Part shown: positions 30,088-39,516 of the stretch, one piece after another
How positions within the stretch are numbered: position 1 is the stretch's first letter
Layout of the letters: the number at the start of each line of letters is the position of its first letter
NCBI GenBank assembly: GCA_031962025.1
Contig: JAVRKW010000001.1
Direction: 5' to 3' (one strand)
Source: Pseudothermotoga sp.
GTDB taxonomy: Bacteria > Thermotogota > Thermotogae > Thermotogales > DSM-5069
Length of the DNA stretch: 64,000 nucleotides
The notes under the pieces: generated by a model
Databases searched by the model: none
The model's input: only the letters and a program-made list of their open reading frames with translations
What the model was told of the DNA's origin: nothing
Made by a program: the position numbers and the translations under genes

Positions 30088-32084
30088 ATGAAAAAAATCA
30101 TTTTGAGCCTTTTGCTTTTTGTTTCGTTGAGTTTTTCGATGAAACTCACTGTTGTCACCGATATAATATAGATTATCCTCCATTTACCTATATAGATCAA
30201 GAAGGAAAGCTCGTTGGTATCAGCCCAGAGCTGTGGAAACTCTTCTCTCAAAGAACGGGCATCGAAGTAGAGCTAATCCCTATGAATTGGGAAGATGCCT
30301 TGCAAATGGCTAAGGAAAAGAAAACAGATATTATAGATCTGATTTTTGTCACCGAGGAAAGAAAGAAATTTCTGGACTATTCAATTGAAATTTACAAAAT
30401 CACAAGCAGTATATACTACGATGAAACTCTACCAGCCTTGAGAAACCTCAAAGAACTCACTCCATACGTGGTTGGTGTTAAAAAAGGTGATGCTCTCTAT
30501 GATATTGCCAAAAATGCAAACCCTTCTATACAATTCAGATTCTATGATACCTATGCAGATCTTATCCTTGCCTTGAAAAATCACGAAGTGCAAGTTTTTC
30601 TCATGGATGATATTCCTGCACAGTACTATTTGCATCGATTTGACATGGTTTATAGGGTGAAAAAATCACAACCTTTCACCGAAAACAGCCTGCACTGGGC
30701 TGTTCCTAAGGGAAAGGAACAGATTCTGACCTTACTGAACAGTGGTTTAGAAAAAATTTCACCAAAAGAAATACAAAATATTGTTCTTTCCATGATACCC
30801 CGTGCTGGTGTTGATTCAAAATTAATTACCACCGTGTTGATAATAGTGTTGATTTTAATCACCGCCGTTCTGTTCCTTTTTGGCTTGAACATTTACCTGA
30901 AAAAGGCTGTGCAGAAAGCCACAGGCGAACTGAACAGGAAAAACGAGCAATTGAGTGCTTATAGCGAGGAATTAAAAGCACAGTCAGAAGAAATAAAGAC
31001 AATGAACGAAGAACTTGAAAGAGCGTTGAATGAACTTGAAAAAGCCAGCAGTAGTTTCACAAGAACACTTGATTTGATAGACGATGCGTTCAATTTACAT
31101 GAAGATGGAGCGGTATTTTTGAAAAAAGCTTTTAAGCTGATTTTTGAGATGTTTCCAAAAGCTGTTATCGGTTCAATTTCATTAGTTGAAGAAAAAACGT
31201 GTCGTGTAATAGAAGCTCGCGGTTTTGATAAGGATTTAATAAATGATTTGGAAATACCATCTGACCAGCTCTATGTACCAGACAAACCGTTGATTGTCAA
31301 AGACATAAGAACACTTTACGGTCAAAAAACTAATGGGAATGTAATTGACATAATTCCAGAATCATCTTATGCAATGGTATTACCTATGGAGATTGCAGCT
31401 GAGTCTATAGGAGTTATTGTGCTTGGTACAGAACAAGGTTCAGGTGGAACTTTCACTGAGCAAGATCTGAGAATGGCTGCAAGCCTTACAAAGATAATTA
31501 CCTCATTTTTCGTGATAAGAGAATACATTTCCATGAAAGAAAGGCTCAACAGAGAAATTGTTTTGATGCTTGTCAAAGCACTTGAGTACTATGATAAATA
31601 CACACAGGGACATTCCAAAAGAGTGGCAAATCTGTGCAAGAAGATGGCTGTTAAATTTGGATTTTCTGAGTCTGAGCTGGAACTGGCAGCACTGCTGCAC
31701 GATGTGGGAAAAATTTATGTCCCTCAAAGTGTACTTAATAAGGAAGGTTTCCTTGACAGCGAAGAATTTGAACTTGTAAAAGAGCATCCAATAAAAGGGT
31801 ACGAATTGATTTCTTCAGTAAAGGGTATGGAAAAAATCGCCAAGATCGTACTTTATCACCATGAACGCTATGATGGAAAGGGTTATCCGATGGGACTAAA
31901 AGATGGGGATATACCGCTGGAATCTCAGATCATATTCGTTGCAGATAGCTTTGATGCCATGACAACAGCTCGACCATACAGGAAGATTCCTATGACTGTG
32001 GAAAAAGCCATTGAGGAAATCAAGAAGTGTTCCGGAACACAGTTCAATCCAGATGTGGTGAAAGTCTTCATCTCTATTATCTGA
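30088..32084 (+). pseudogene. Frameshifted sensor phosphodiesterase: family-3 solute-binding domain, TM, coiled coil, GAF-like, HD-GYP
   Basis: AAGGAG+ATG 30088 gives signal peptide MKKIILSLLLFVSLSFS, then a stop at 30169; the solute-binding frame (DYPPFTY) resumes at 30171 after a duplicated ATATA; C-terminal HDVGK, HHERYDGKGYP, ADSFDAM intact. Confidence 0.82.
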
Positions 32085-32222
32085 TCTGGAAATTTTCTTT
32101 GATCCAATCAGTGAATCTAACCTTTTTTTCACAAATATGCAAACGTTTTGTGCCTTAACCTTTCTCATTTCTATTCTTCCAAGTGGTATAAGTAAAGATA
32201 AGGTTTATCAGGAGGCGATGAT

Positions 32223-33941
32223 ATGAGTAGAAGTGTGATCATCGATGGGTCAGTGATATACACGAACTACAGTCAGATAATAGGTCAAAAGGGTTTTGAA
32301 TTGCTTTTGAAAGAATTTGTCGATATTCTCAAAGATAAATCAAGCCCATTACTCAACGCTCTCAATGCTTTTAAAGTCAACAGCGACTACGATTTACATC
32401 GATTTGTAGAATATCTTCATCTTTTGACGATGAGAAACATCAAAGAGATCACCAACATAATTTATTATGTGAACCCAAAAGAACTTGAACGTTTCATAGA
32501 AGCCTTCTACACTTTCTGGCGTTCAAAACACAGGTTCATGGTTCGACAGGAGAAATACGTTGAAGATTACAATAGAAGAGCAAGTATTGAATACACAATG
32601 ACCATGGCAGGTGACCAGTTTAAAGCTGTCATAAAAAACTTATACAGAGAAATCATGATGAATGTTTCAAATACGTTCCCAACGGTGATGAGACAGCTCC
32701 CGAGTGGAGCGCAGGTAATGTTTTTAGTTGAAGAACCTAATACAGAGAAATATCAAGAATATCAGTGGATGTTGAAGATTCCAACGGTATGGGGGGCAAT
32801 CTTCGATCCTCCTGCGATATTCTACACAAAATCGAACAAGAGAAAAGGCGTCCTGCCGGTAGTTGATGACACAATACTCGACAAAATAACACTCGAACCG
32901 GGTGAATGGTATAGATTCACGATCTTTGTTCGAGATTTACTTTTCTACAACTTTGTTCATGCCGAATATCTTGCACATGGTGCTGGACTTGCCAATTTGT
33001 TCGAACTTGCCACTCCAAAAGATCTGAAGCACAGAGAACCCGATGGAATACTCATATTCGGTCTGCCAACCAGCAGGATACCGAACTACACTGATAAATG
33101 GCGCAATGGTGTGATATTCAAGGACAAAAATCGATATGTTGGTGTCATACCAGCACTTGATGAAAACGATTACTTTGGGTATATGAAGAAAACCACCCTG
33201 ACAATTCATAATTTAATAAAGATCGATCATGGTAAGCTCCCAATACATGGTTCAATGGCAAAAATCACTCTGAAGAACGGTAAGAGTGTCGTGGCGATGT
33301 TTGTTGGAGACAGTGGTGCCGGAAAAAGTGAGACGCTCGATGCACTCAACAGACTGGAAGAAGTGGCTCAAGTCGATACTATCATTGACGACATGGGAAG
33401 CCTTTCAATAATAGATGGACATGTTTTCGCCTTTGGTACAGAAACAGGCGCTTTTGTCAGGCTTGATGATCTGCCTCCGGGATTTGCTTATTCCACGATG
33501 GACAGAAGCATATTCATGAATCCGGACCAAGTCAATGCACGTGTGATAGTGCCGTTCAACAATTACAACGAAGTTATCACACCAACACGTATAGATTTCT
33601 TTCTGTACGCTAACAATTACACAGAAGTATATAAGGATGAAGATCGCATTATCTTCTTTGACAATATCGAAGATGCACTGAAGGTTTTCTCCGAAGGAAA
33701 AAGGATGAGCAAAGGCACGACCTCTGAAACGGGTCTGATGACATCTTATTTTGCCAACCCATTCGGAGCTGTTCAACGGCAGAAGGAGCACCACAAGATA
33801 GCTGAACATTTCATGAAAAAAATGTTTGAAACAGGAGTAAAGGTCGGGGAAATAAGAACAATGCTTGGCGTTGAAGGCTATGAAAAAGAAGGCACAATGT
33901 TAGCAGCCAAGGCGCTTTTGAAAGTAATTGAACAGATCTGA
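32223..33941 (+). CDS. PEP carboxykinase-like P-loop protein
   Basis: YFGYMKK, LPIHGSM, GDSGAGKSE, IIDDMG, GTETGAFVRLDD, NARV, ANPFG; PEPCK/HprK fold inferred. Confidence 0.65.
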   Translation: MSRSVIIDGSVIYTNYSQIIGQKGFELLLKEFVDILKDKSSPLLNALNAFKVNSDYDLHRFVEYLHLLTMRNIKEITNIIYYVNPKELERFIEAFYTFWRSKHRFMVRQEKYVEDYNRRASIEYTMTMAGDQFKAVIKNLYREIMMNVSNTFPTVMRQLPSGAQVMFLVEEPNTEKYQEYQWMLKIPTVWGAIFDPPAIFYTKSNKRKGVLPVVDDTILDKITLEPGEWYRFTIFVRDLLFYNFVHAEYLAHGAGLANLFELATPKDLKHREPDGILIFGLPTSRIPNYTDKWRNGVIFKDKNRYVGVIPALDENDYFGYMKKTTLTIHNLIKIDHGKLPIHGSMAKITLKNGKSVVAMFVGDSGAGKSETLDALNRLEEVAQVDTIIDDMGSLSIIDGHVFAFGTETGAFVRLDDLPPGFAYSTMDRSIFMNPDQVNARVIVPFNNYNEVITPTRIDFFLYANNYTEVYKDEDRIIFFDNIEDALKVFSEGKRMSKGTTSETGLMTSYFANPFGAVQRQKEHHKIAEHFMKKMFETGVKVGEIRTMLGVEGYEKEGTMLAAKALLKVIEQI

Positions 33942-33945
33942 TCGG

Positions 33946-34635
33946 CTATCTTGTAGAAAACCCAACCAGCAATATGAAGCAGAGCACAACGATTCCAGCA
34001 CAGATAAGTGCAACAGCTTTCCACGCAAAAGCAATCGATTTTTTCCAGAAACTGTAAGCAGGTCTGGGAGTTATTACACGTCCAAGTACCATTCCTGTTA
34101 TGAAGCCGCCGATATGTGCGGCGTTGTTTATATTACTGCCCGGAATAAGACCGTAGATTATGTTAAAAATTATCATCGGGAAAAGTGCGTAACCTGTGAG
34201 CTGGCGCATGAAAAAGGGTGTATCACGTCTAAAACCCAGTGCAAAGAGCATGCCAACCAGTCCAAATATTGCCCCACTCGCCCCTACAGATATTGCACGA
34301 TAATAGAAAAAATGCGTTGCAAGATTTCCAGCCACACCTGTCAAAAAATAGGCAAAGACAAATTTCTCTACACCGTAAACCGATTCAACTATGCTGCCAA
34401 AATAAAAGAGTGCATATGAATTGAAAAGCAGATGCAAAAAACCACCGTGAACGAAAATAGCTGTGACTAATCTGTACCATTCGCCATTGCTCACCAAAGG
34501 TCCATATTGTGCACCGAACCTAATATACAGATAAGCTTGATTCGACAAACTTGAAAAATTCTGAACAAAAAACATCAGTACCACAACAGCTACGTTTATT
34601 CCCAAAATTAGATAGGTTACTTTCCATTGCTTCAA
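33946..34635 (-). CDS. Rhomboid family intramembrane serine protease
   Basis: GEWYRL, HGGFLHLLFN, GASGAIFG, NAAHIGG. Confidence 0.93.
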   Translation of the reverse strand: MKQWKVTYLILGINVAVVVLMFFVQNFSSLSNQAYLYIRFGAQYGPLVSNGEWYRLVTAIFVHGGFLHLLFNSYALFYFGSIVESVYGVEKFVFAYFLTGVAGNLATHFFYYRAISVGASGAIFGLVGMLFALGFRRDTPFFMRQLTGYALFPMIIFNIIYGLIPGSNINNAAHIGGFITGMVLGRVITPRPAYSFWKKSIAFAWKAVALICAGIVVLCFILLVGFSTR

Positions 34636-34780
34636 CTACTACACCTCCATATTCATTATAAACCATGATTTCATCCAATCAGACCATTTGAAAATCACAA
34701 TTCAAGACAAAGGCAAAATTTCTGAGACAGAACTAGTTGATTAATTTCGCTAAATACAATTTTTCAGCTTATCACACTCT

Positions 34781-34809
34781 TTGACAGTCTGAAACTTAAA
34801 TGATATAAT
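34781..34809 (+). promoter_or_regulatory. Consensus sigma70 promoter for the HAAT ABC operon
   Basis: TTGACA (34781-34786), 17 bp spacer, TATAAT (34804-34809), with extended -10 TG. Confidence 0.85.
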
Positions 34810-34917
34810 TGAAAAAGTCGAGAAAAAAATCACACAACAATGAGAAGAAATGTTTTCAAATGTTTTCAAAAGTATAATACGATTCCACATTCTTTTAAAA
34901 GGGGAGGCGATGTAGAG

Positions 34918-36162
34918 ATGAAAAGGTTGCTGGTGATTTTAGCGGTCCTGCTGGCTTTCACAGTACTTGCAGAAGAAGTTGTAAAAATTGGAGCTATTTT
35001 CCCGTTGACTGGACCTGCTGCGGCGACAGGTGTGAAGATCAAGTACGCAATCGAAGTGGCACAGGAAATCATCAACGGTGAACATCCTGAAATCGAGTTA
35101 CTGCTGGGAAAAAGCGCAGGGTTACCCAATCTCAATGGTGCCAAGGTTCAGTTTGTTTTTGCAGATCACCAGGCAAATCCAGAACTTGCCATGGCGGAAG
35201 CAGAGAGGTTGATCAGAAACGAAGGCGTCGTTGCTTTGATAGGATGTTATCATTCATCGGCTACAAAACCGGCAAGTCAGGTGGCTGAAAAATACGGGAT
35301 CCCGTTTATTGCTGGTTCTTCAAGTTCAGCCGCTCTCACTGAAAGAGGTTTGCAATGGTTTTTCAGAATCGCTCCACATGATGGTATGGAAACTGTGTTT
35401 TTCTTTGAATACCTCAAATATCTGAACCAGAAATACAACGCGAACATAAAGAGAGTAGCGGTGGTTTACATCGATAATGAGTATGGCGTGCATGCTGCAC
35501 AGATGGTGAAAGAAAAGATAAAAGATTACCAGGCGGATGGTTTCAGCATTGTCGCCGATGTGAAATACCCGGCAAATGCGACTAACGTAGATATTGAAGT
35601 TCAGAAAATCAAAGGTGCAAAACCAGATGCCATATTCCATGCATCTTATATTGGCGATATGACCATGTTCGTTAAAAAATACAAAGAATTCAACGTTGTA
35701 CCAAAAGTTGTACTTTCCTACTGTGGTGGATATCAAGATCCACAGTTTGTAGTTAACCTTGGAAAAGATGCCGATTATTTTGCTGGTCCAAATGCGACCA
35801 CATCTGCTCTGTTCAAGAAAATGCCATTATTGGCTAAGATCAACGAGATGTACAAAGCAAAATCTGGATTAGATATCGATGGTCCGACGCTTGAGGATTT
35901 TGCTTCAGCTATTGTTATAGCGGAAGCGATCAATTTAGCAGGTTCCACCGATCCACAGAAGATCTTGAACGTTCTAAAAACCTCAACTTTCATGGCTCCT
36001 TATTTTGTCTCTGGAAGGATAAAATTTGGCCCAGATGGTCAGAACATCTACTCTGCTTCCGTTATGACCCAGATCCTCAATGGTGTATATGAAGCAGTCT
36101 GGCCAGAACAATATCAAACTAAGGAGCCTGTACCACAATTCCCAGAATGGAATAAAAGATGA
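34918..36162 (+). CDS. HAAT (Liv-type) ABC transporter substrate-binding protein
   Basis: Signal peptide after GGGGAGG, VKIGAIFPLTG, GCYHSS, FFRIAPHD, NEYG. Confidence 0.9.
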   Translation: MKRLLVILAVLLAFTVLAEEVVKIGAIFPLTGPAAATGVKIKYAIEVAQEIINGEHPEIELLLGKSAGLPNLNGAKVQFVFADHQANPELAMAEAERLIRNEGVVALIGCYHSSATKPASQVAEKYGIPFIAGSSSSAALTERGLQWFFRIAPHDGMETVFFFEYLKYLNQKYNANIKRVAVVYIDNEYGVHAAQMVKEKIKDYQADGFSIVADVKYPANATNVDIEVQKIKGAKPDAIFHASYIGDMTMFVKKYKEFNVVPKVVLSYCGGYQDPQFVVNLGKDADYFAGPNATTSALFKKMPLLAKINEMYKAKSGLDIDGPTLEDFASAIVIAEAINLAGSTDPQKILNVLKTSTFMAPYFVSGRIKFGPDGQNIYSASVMTQILNGVYEAVWPEQYQTKEPVPQFPEWNKR

Positions 36163-36193
36163 ATTCAAAGGGGGCGCAAGCTCCCTTTGAATT
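36162..36193 (+). terminator. Intercistronic stem-loop after the binding-protein gene
   Basis: AATTCAAAGGGGGC-GCAA-GCTCCCTTTGAATT (one G.U pair). Confidence 0.7.
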
Positions 36194-36232
36194 TAAGTTT
36201 GTGGAAGTCAAAACCTGCCAAAGAGGGGATGA

Positions 36233-37090
36233 ATGATGCTCTTGCAAGTTCTTCTGACTGGCGCACTTGTGGGTTCTGTATACTCGCTTGTAGCGGTTGG
36301 CTTAACACTTGTATGGGGCTTGATGGACATTATAAATTTCGCTCATGGTGATATGATGATGATATCCATGTACGTTGTCTTTTGGCTTTATACGCTTTTG
36401 AAATTTGATCCGCTTATTTCTCTACCGATATCCGCTGGTATTACGGCTCTTTTGGGTATCTTAATCTATAAACTCGTGATCAAGCGTGTGGTTAACGCAC
36501 CTGGCTTGATGGCACTTCTTGCCACTTTCGGATTGAGTCTTTTCATAAGAAACTTTGCACAATTTTTGTGGACTCCAAACTACAGATTCGTCGGCGAATC
36601 AATTCTCTCGGGTAAAAGAATTCTTCTTGCGGATTTAGTAATAGGTTTGCCACAACTGATAGCGGCTCTGGGAAGTATCACGATGACACTATTGATAGCC
36701 TTATTCATAAAGAAAACCAAAACCGGCAGGGCGATACAAGCAACTGCTCAAAGCAGGGATATTGCCGAGCTGATGGGTGTGAATACCGAAAGAGTTTATG
36801 CGATAACATTTGCTTTATCTGGTATATGCGTCGGCGTTGCTGGGACACTTCTTTCGGGCATTTTTCCAGTTTATCCCGAATCTGGTGCAATGTACGGGTT
36901 ACTCGCCTTTGTTATAGTTGCTCTTGGAGGTTTTGGAAATATTTGGGGTGCGTTCTATGCCGGAATTCTCATTGGTCTTACAGAAGCTGTGGGAGGATTT
37001 TACCTGGGTACACAGTTTAAATACGCTCTGGCTTTTCTCATATATCTTCTGGTTCTTCAGTTTAAGCCCAAGGGCTTATTCGGGTGGTGA
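36233..37090 (+). CDS. HAAT ABC permease (LivH-like)
   Basis: GLTLVWG..IINFAHG, GRAIQATAQ, LGGFGN. Confidence 0.9.
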   Translation: MMLLQVLLTGALVGSVYSLVAVGLTLVWGLMDIINFAHGDMMMISMYVVFWLYTLLKFDPLISLPISAGITALLGILIYKLVIKRVVNAPGLMALLATFGLSLFIRNFAQFLWTPNYRFVGESILSGKRILLADLVIGLPQLIAALGSITMTLLIALFIKKTKTGRAIQATAQSRDIAELMGVNTERVYAITFALSGICVGVAGTLLSGIFPVYPESGAMYGLLAFVIVALGGFGNIWGAFYAGILIGLTEAVGGFYLGTQFKYALAFLIYLLVLQFKPKGLFGW

Positions 37091-37098
37091 GCAGAATA

Positions 37099-38067
37099 AT
37101 GAGAAATCCCGTGCTTTATGTGATTTTTGCAATCATTCTGGTTCTTCCATTTGTTTTTCAAAATGTGAATTTTCAGCATATCATGATAATGTTTTTGATT
37201 TTTGCCGGACTCGGTGAAGGCTGGAACATAATAACTGGTTTTGCCGGTCAAACTTCCTTCGGTCACGCTGCTTTTTTTGGAATAGGTGCTTACACGTCAA
37301 CGGTGCTGTTTTACAGATTTGGTATCTCTCCATGGATCGGGATGATCCTTGGCGCACTGTTTGCCGCGTTGATTTCTTTGGTTGTTAGCTATCCCTGTTT
37401 TCGCCTGAAAGGACATTATTTTGCCATAGCAACACTTGCTGTTGCGGAAATCATAAAACAGCTCTTTGTGAGTTGGGACTATGTGGAAGGTGCAACGGGA
37501 ATATCTATTCCTGTAAAGCCTGATAGTTTCTGGATGATGCAGTTTCATAAATCAAAAATACCGTACTTTTTGATTGCATACATACTGTTTTTGATGAGTA
37601 TCCTCATAGCAATCTTGATTGAAAAAAACAAAATGGGATATTATCTGAAAGCAATACGCGAGAGCCATGAGGCTGCAGAGGCTCTGGGAATAAATACCTC
37701 ACGTTACAAGTTATATGCAATGATGATCAGTTCAGCTGTTACAGCTTTATTTGGTACGCTCTATGCTCAGTATATCCTTTATATAGATCCATTTATGGTT
37801 TTTGGACTGGATATATCCATGAAAATAGTTTTATTAACGGTACTTGGAGGTCTTGGGAGCGTTTATGGTCCAATCATCGGCGCTGCAATTCTCATACCGC
37901 TCTCTGAATACACACGGTCCTTTCTGGGCGGGACTGGTAAGGGTATAGATCTGATGATTTATGGGGCTCTGATAGTTGTGATTGCATGCTTTGAACCTCG
38001 AGGTGTACTGGGGTTATTCACAAGATCCAAAAAGAGAGGTGCACAGTATGCCAAAACCACTGCTTGA
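37099..38067 (+). CDS. HAAT ABC permease (LivM-like)
   Basis: GFAGQTSFGHAAFFGIGAY, RLKGHYFAIATL, AIRESHEAA. Confidence 0.9.
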   Translation: MRNPVLYVIFAIILVLPFVFQNVNFQHIMIMFLIFAGLGEGWNIITGFAGQTSFGHAAFFGIGAYTSTVLFYRFGISPWIGMILGALFAALISLVVSYPCFRLKGHYFAIATLAVAEIIKQLFVSWDYVEGATGISIPVKPDSFWMMQFHKSKIPYFLIAYILFLMSILIAILIEKNKMGYYLKAIRESHEAAEALGINTSRYKLYAMMISSAVTALFGTLYAQYILYIDPFMVFGLDISMKIVLLTVLGGLGSVYGPIIGAAILIPLSEYTRSFLGGTGKGIDLMIYGALIVVIACFEPRGVLGLFTRSKKRGAQYAKTTA

Positions 38068-38803
38068 AGTCCAGGGTGTGACGATGAAATTCGGTAGTCT
38101 GATTGCAAATGATAACGTTTCATTTGTGGTGAATGAAAAAGAAATAGTCAGTCTGATAGGTCCGAACGGCGCCGGTAAAACGACTCTTTTCAATTGTATC
38201 AGTGGCTTTTATAAACCTTTCTCTGGAAGAGTTATTTTTGATGGAAAAGATATAACCGGTAAGAGTGCTCATGAAATTGCCTCGATGGGTTTAACCAGAA
38301 CCTTTCAAATAGTAAAACCATTGAATGAGATGACTGTGAGGGAAAATGTCTTAACAGGTGCATTTCTCCATGCAAATAGCAGAAAAGAAGCCGAAAATAT
38401 AGTGGATCAGGTTCTGCACATGACACATCTTTGGGATAAAAGGGAGATGTTAGCCGGGAGCCTGACAATAGCCGATAAAAAAAGACTTGAAATTGCAAGA
38501 ATGCTTGCAACAAAACCAAGAATGATAATGCTCGACGAAGCTATGGCTGGGTTGAACCAAACAGAAGTCAAAGAGGCAATGGAACTGTGTGTAAACCTCA
38601 ATAAAAGTGGAATAACACTCTTGATCGTCGAACATGTAATGGAAGCCATTATGCCCATTTCAAACAGGGTTGTAGTGCTGAATGCCGGTAAAAAGATCGC
38701 AGAAGGTAGTCCAGAACAGATAATAAACAATGAGGAAGTCATAAAGGCTTATTTAGGGGAGAGATACTATGCTAAAAGTCGACAGAATAACAGCGGGATA
38801 TAA
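38048..38803 (+). CDS. HAAT ABC ATPase (LivG-like)
   Basis: GPNGAGKTT, RTFQ, LDEAMAGL, EH, AYLG. Confidence 0.92.
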   Translation: MPKPLLEVQGVTMKFGSLIANDNVSFVVNEKEIVSLIGPNGAGKTTLFNCISGFYKPFSGRVIFDGKDITGKSAHEIASMGLTRTFQIVKPLNEMTVRENVLTGAFLHANSRKEAENIVDQVLHMTHLWDKREMLAGSLTIADKKRLEIARMLATKPRMIMLDEAMAGLNQTEVKEAMELCVNLNKSGITLLIVEHVMEAIMPISNRVVVLNAGKKIAEGSPEQIINNEEVIKAYLGERYYAKSRQNNSGI

Positions 38804-39476
38804 CGGTGTACCTGTCATTTTTGATGTTTCCTTCAGCGTTGAAGAAGGAGAACTGGTCTCAATAGTTGGCTCCAACGGAGCTGGTAAGTCAACTATTCTC
38901 AGAACCATTTCTGGTCTTTTGAAACCATTTTCAGGTACGATTGAATTCATGGGCAAAAGGATAGATAAATTGCCGGCTCACCAGATTGTCAAACTTGGTA
39001 TAGCACATGTTCCAGAAGGTAGACATGTCTTTGGGAAGATGTCGGTGAAAGACAATTTGTTGATGGGTGCCTATACGATAAACGATCAAAATGAAGTTGA
39101 AAGACTTCTGGCAGAGGTGTACGAGCTATTTCCAAGGCTTAAGGAAAGAGAAAACCAGAAAGCCGAAACAATGTCAGGTGGAGAACAGCAAATGCTGGCT
39201 ATCGCAAGGGCACTGATGGCAAAACCAAAGTTGCTTTTGGTGGATGAAATGTCCTTAGGGTTAATGCCTCTGATGGTTGACAAGGTTCTTGAGGTACTCC
39301 AACGGGTCAACAGGGAAAAAGGTGTAACCGTGCTCATGGTTGAGCAGAAAATTCAGGAAGCACTGGAAATAGCAGACAAAGGATACATACTTCAGACTGG
39401 AAGAATAGTTGCCCATGGAACTGGTAAAGAATTACTTGAAAGCGATCATGTAAAAAAGGCATACCTTGGTATGTAA
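38769..39476 (+). CDS. HAAT ABC ATPase (LivF-like)
   Basis: GSNGAGKST, VPEGR, MSGGEQQM, VDEMSLGL. Confidence 0.92.
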   Translation: MLKVDRITAGYNGVPVIFDVSFSVEEGELVSIVGSNGAGKSTILRTISGLLKPFSGTIEFMGKRIDKLPAHQIVKLGIAHVPEGRHVFGKMSVKDNLLMGAYTINDQNEVERLLAEVYELFPRLKERENQKAETMSGGEQQMLAIARALMAKPKLLLVDEMSLGLMPLMVDKVLEVLQRVNREKGVTVLMVEQKIQEALEIADKGYILQTGRIVAHGTGKELLESDHVKKAYLGM

Positions 39477-39516
39477 AATGATAATGATATAGAATTGTAT
39501 TTGGGAGGTAGGCGAA

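Noticed and set aside
33928..34419. 163-aa Cys-rich ORF following the PEPCK-like gene
   Set aside because: Lies antisense within the well-supported rhomboid gene
28234..34635. Two rhomboid proteases within about 6 kb as a linked system
   Set aside because: Divergent sequences in separate transcription units; multiple rhomboids are common
34700..34745. GGCAAA plus a small hairpin resembling the start of a c-di-GMP-I riboswitch
   Set aside because: Lacks the following GACGCAAAGC and second stem, and lies upstream of the promoter
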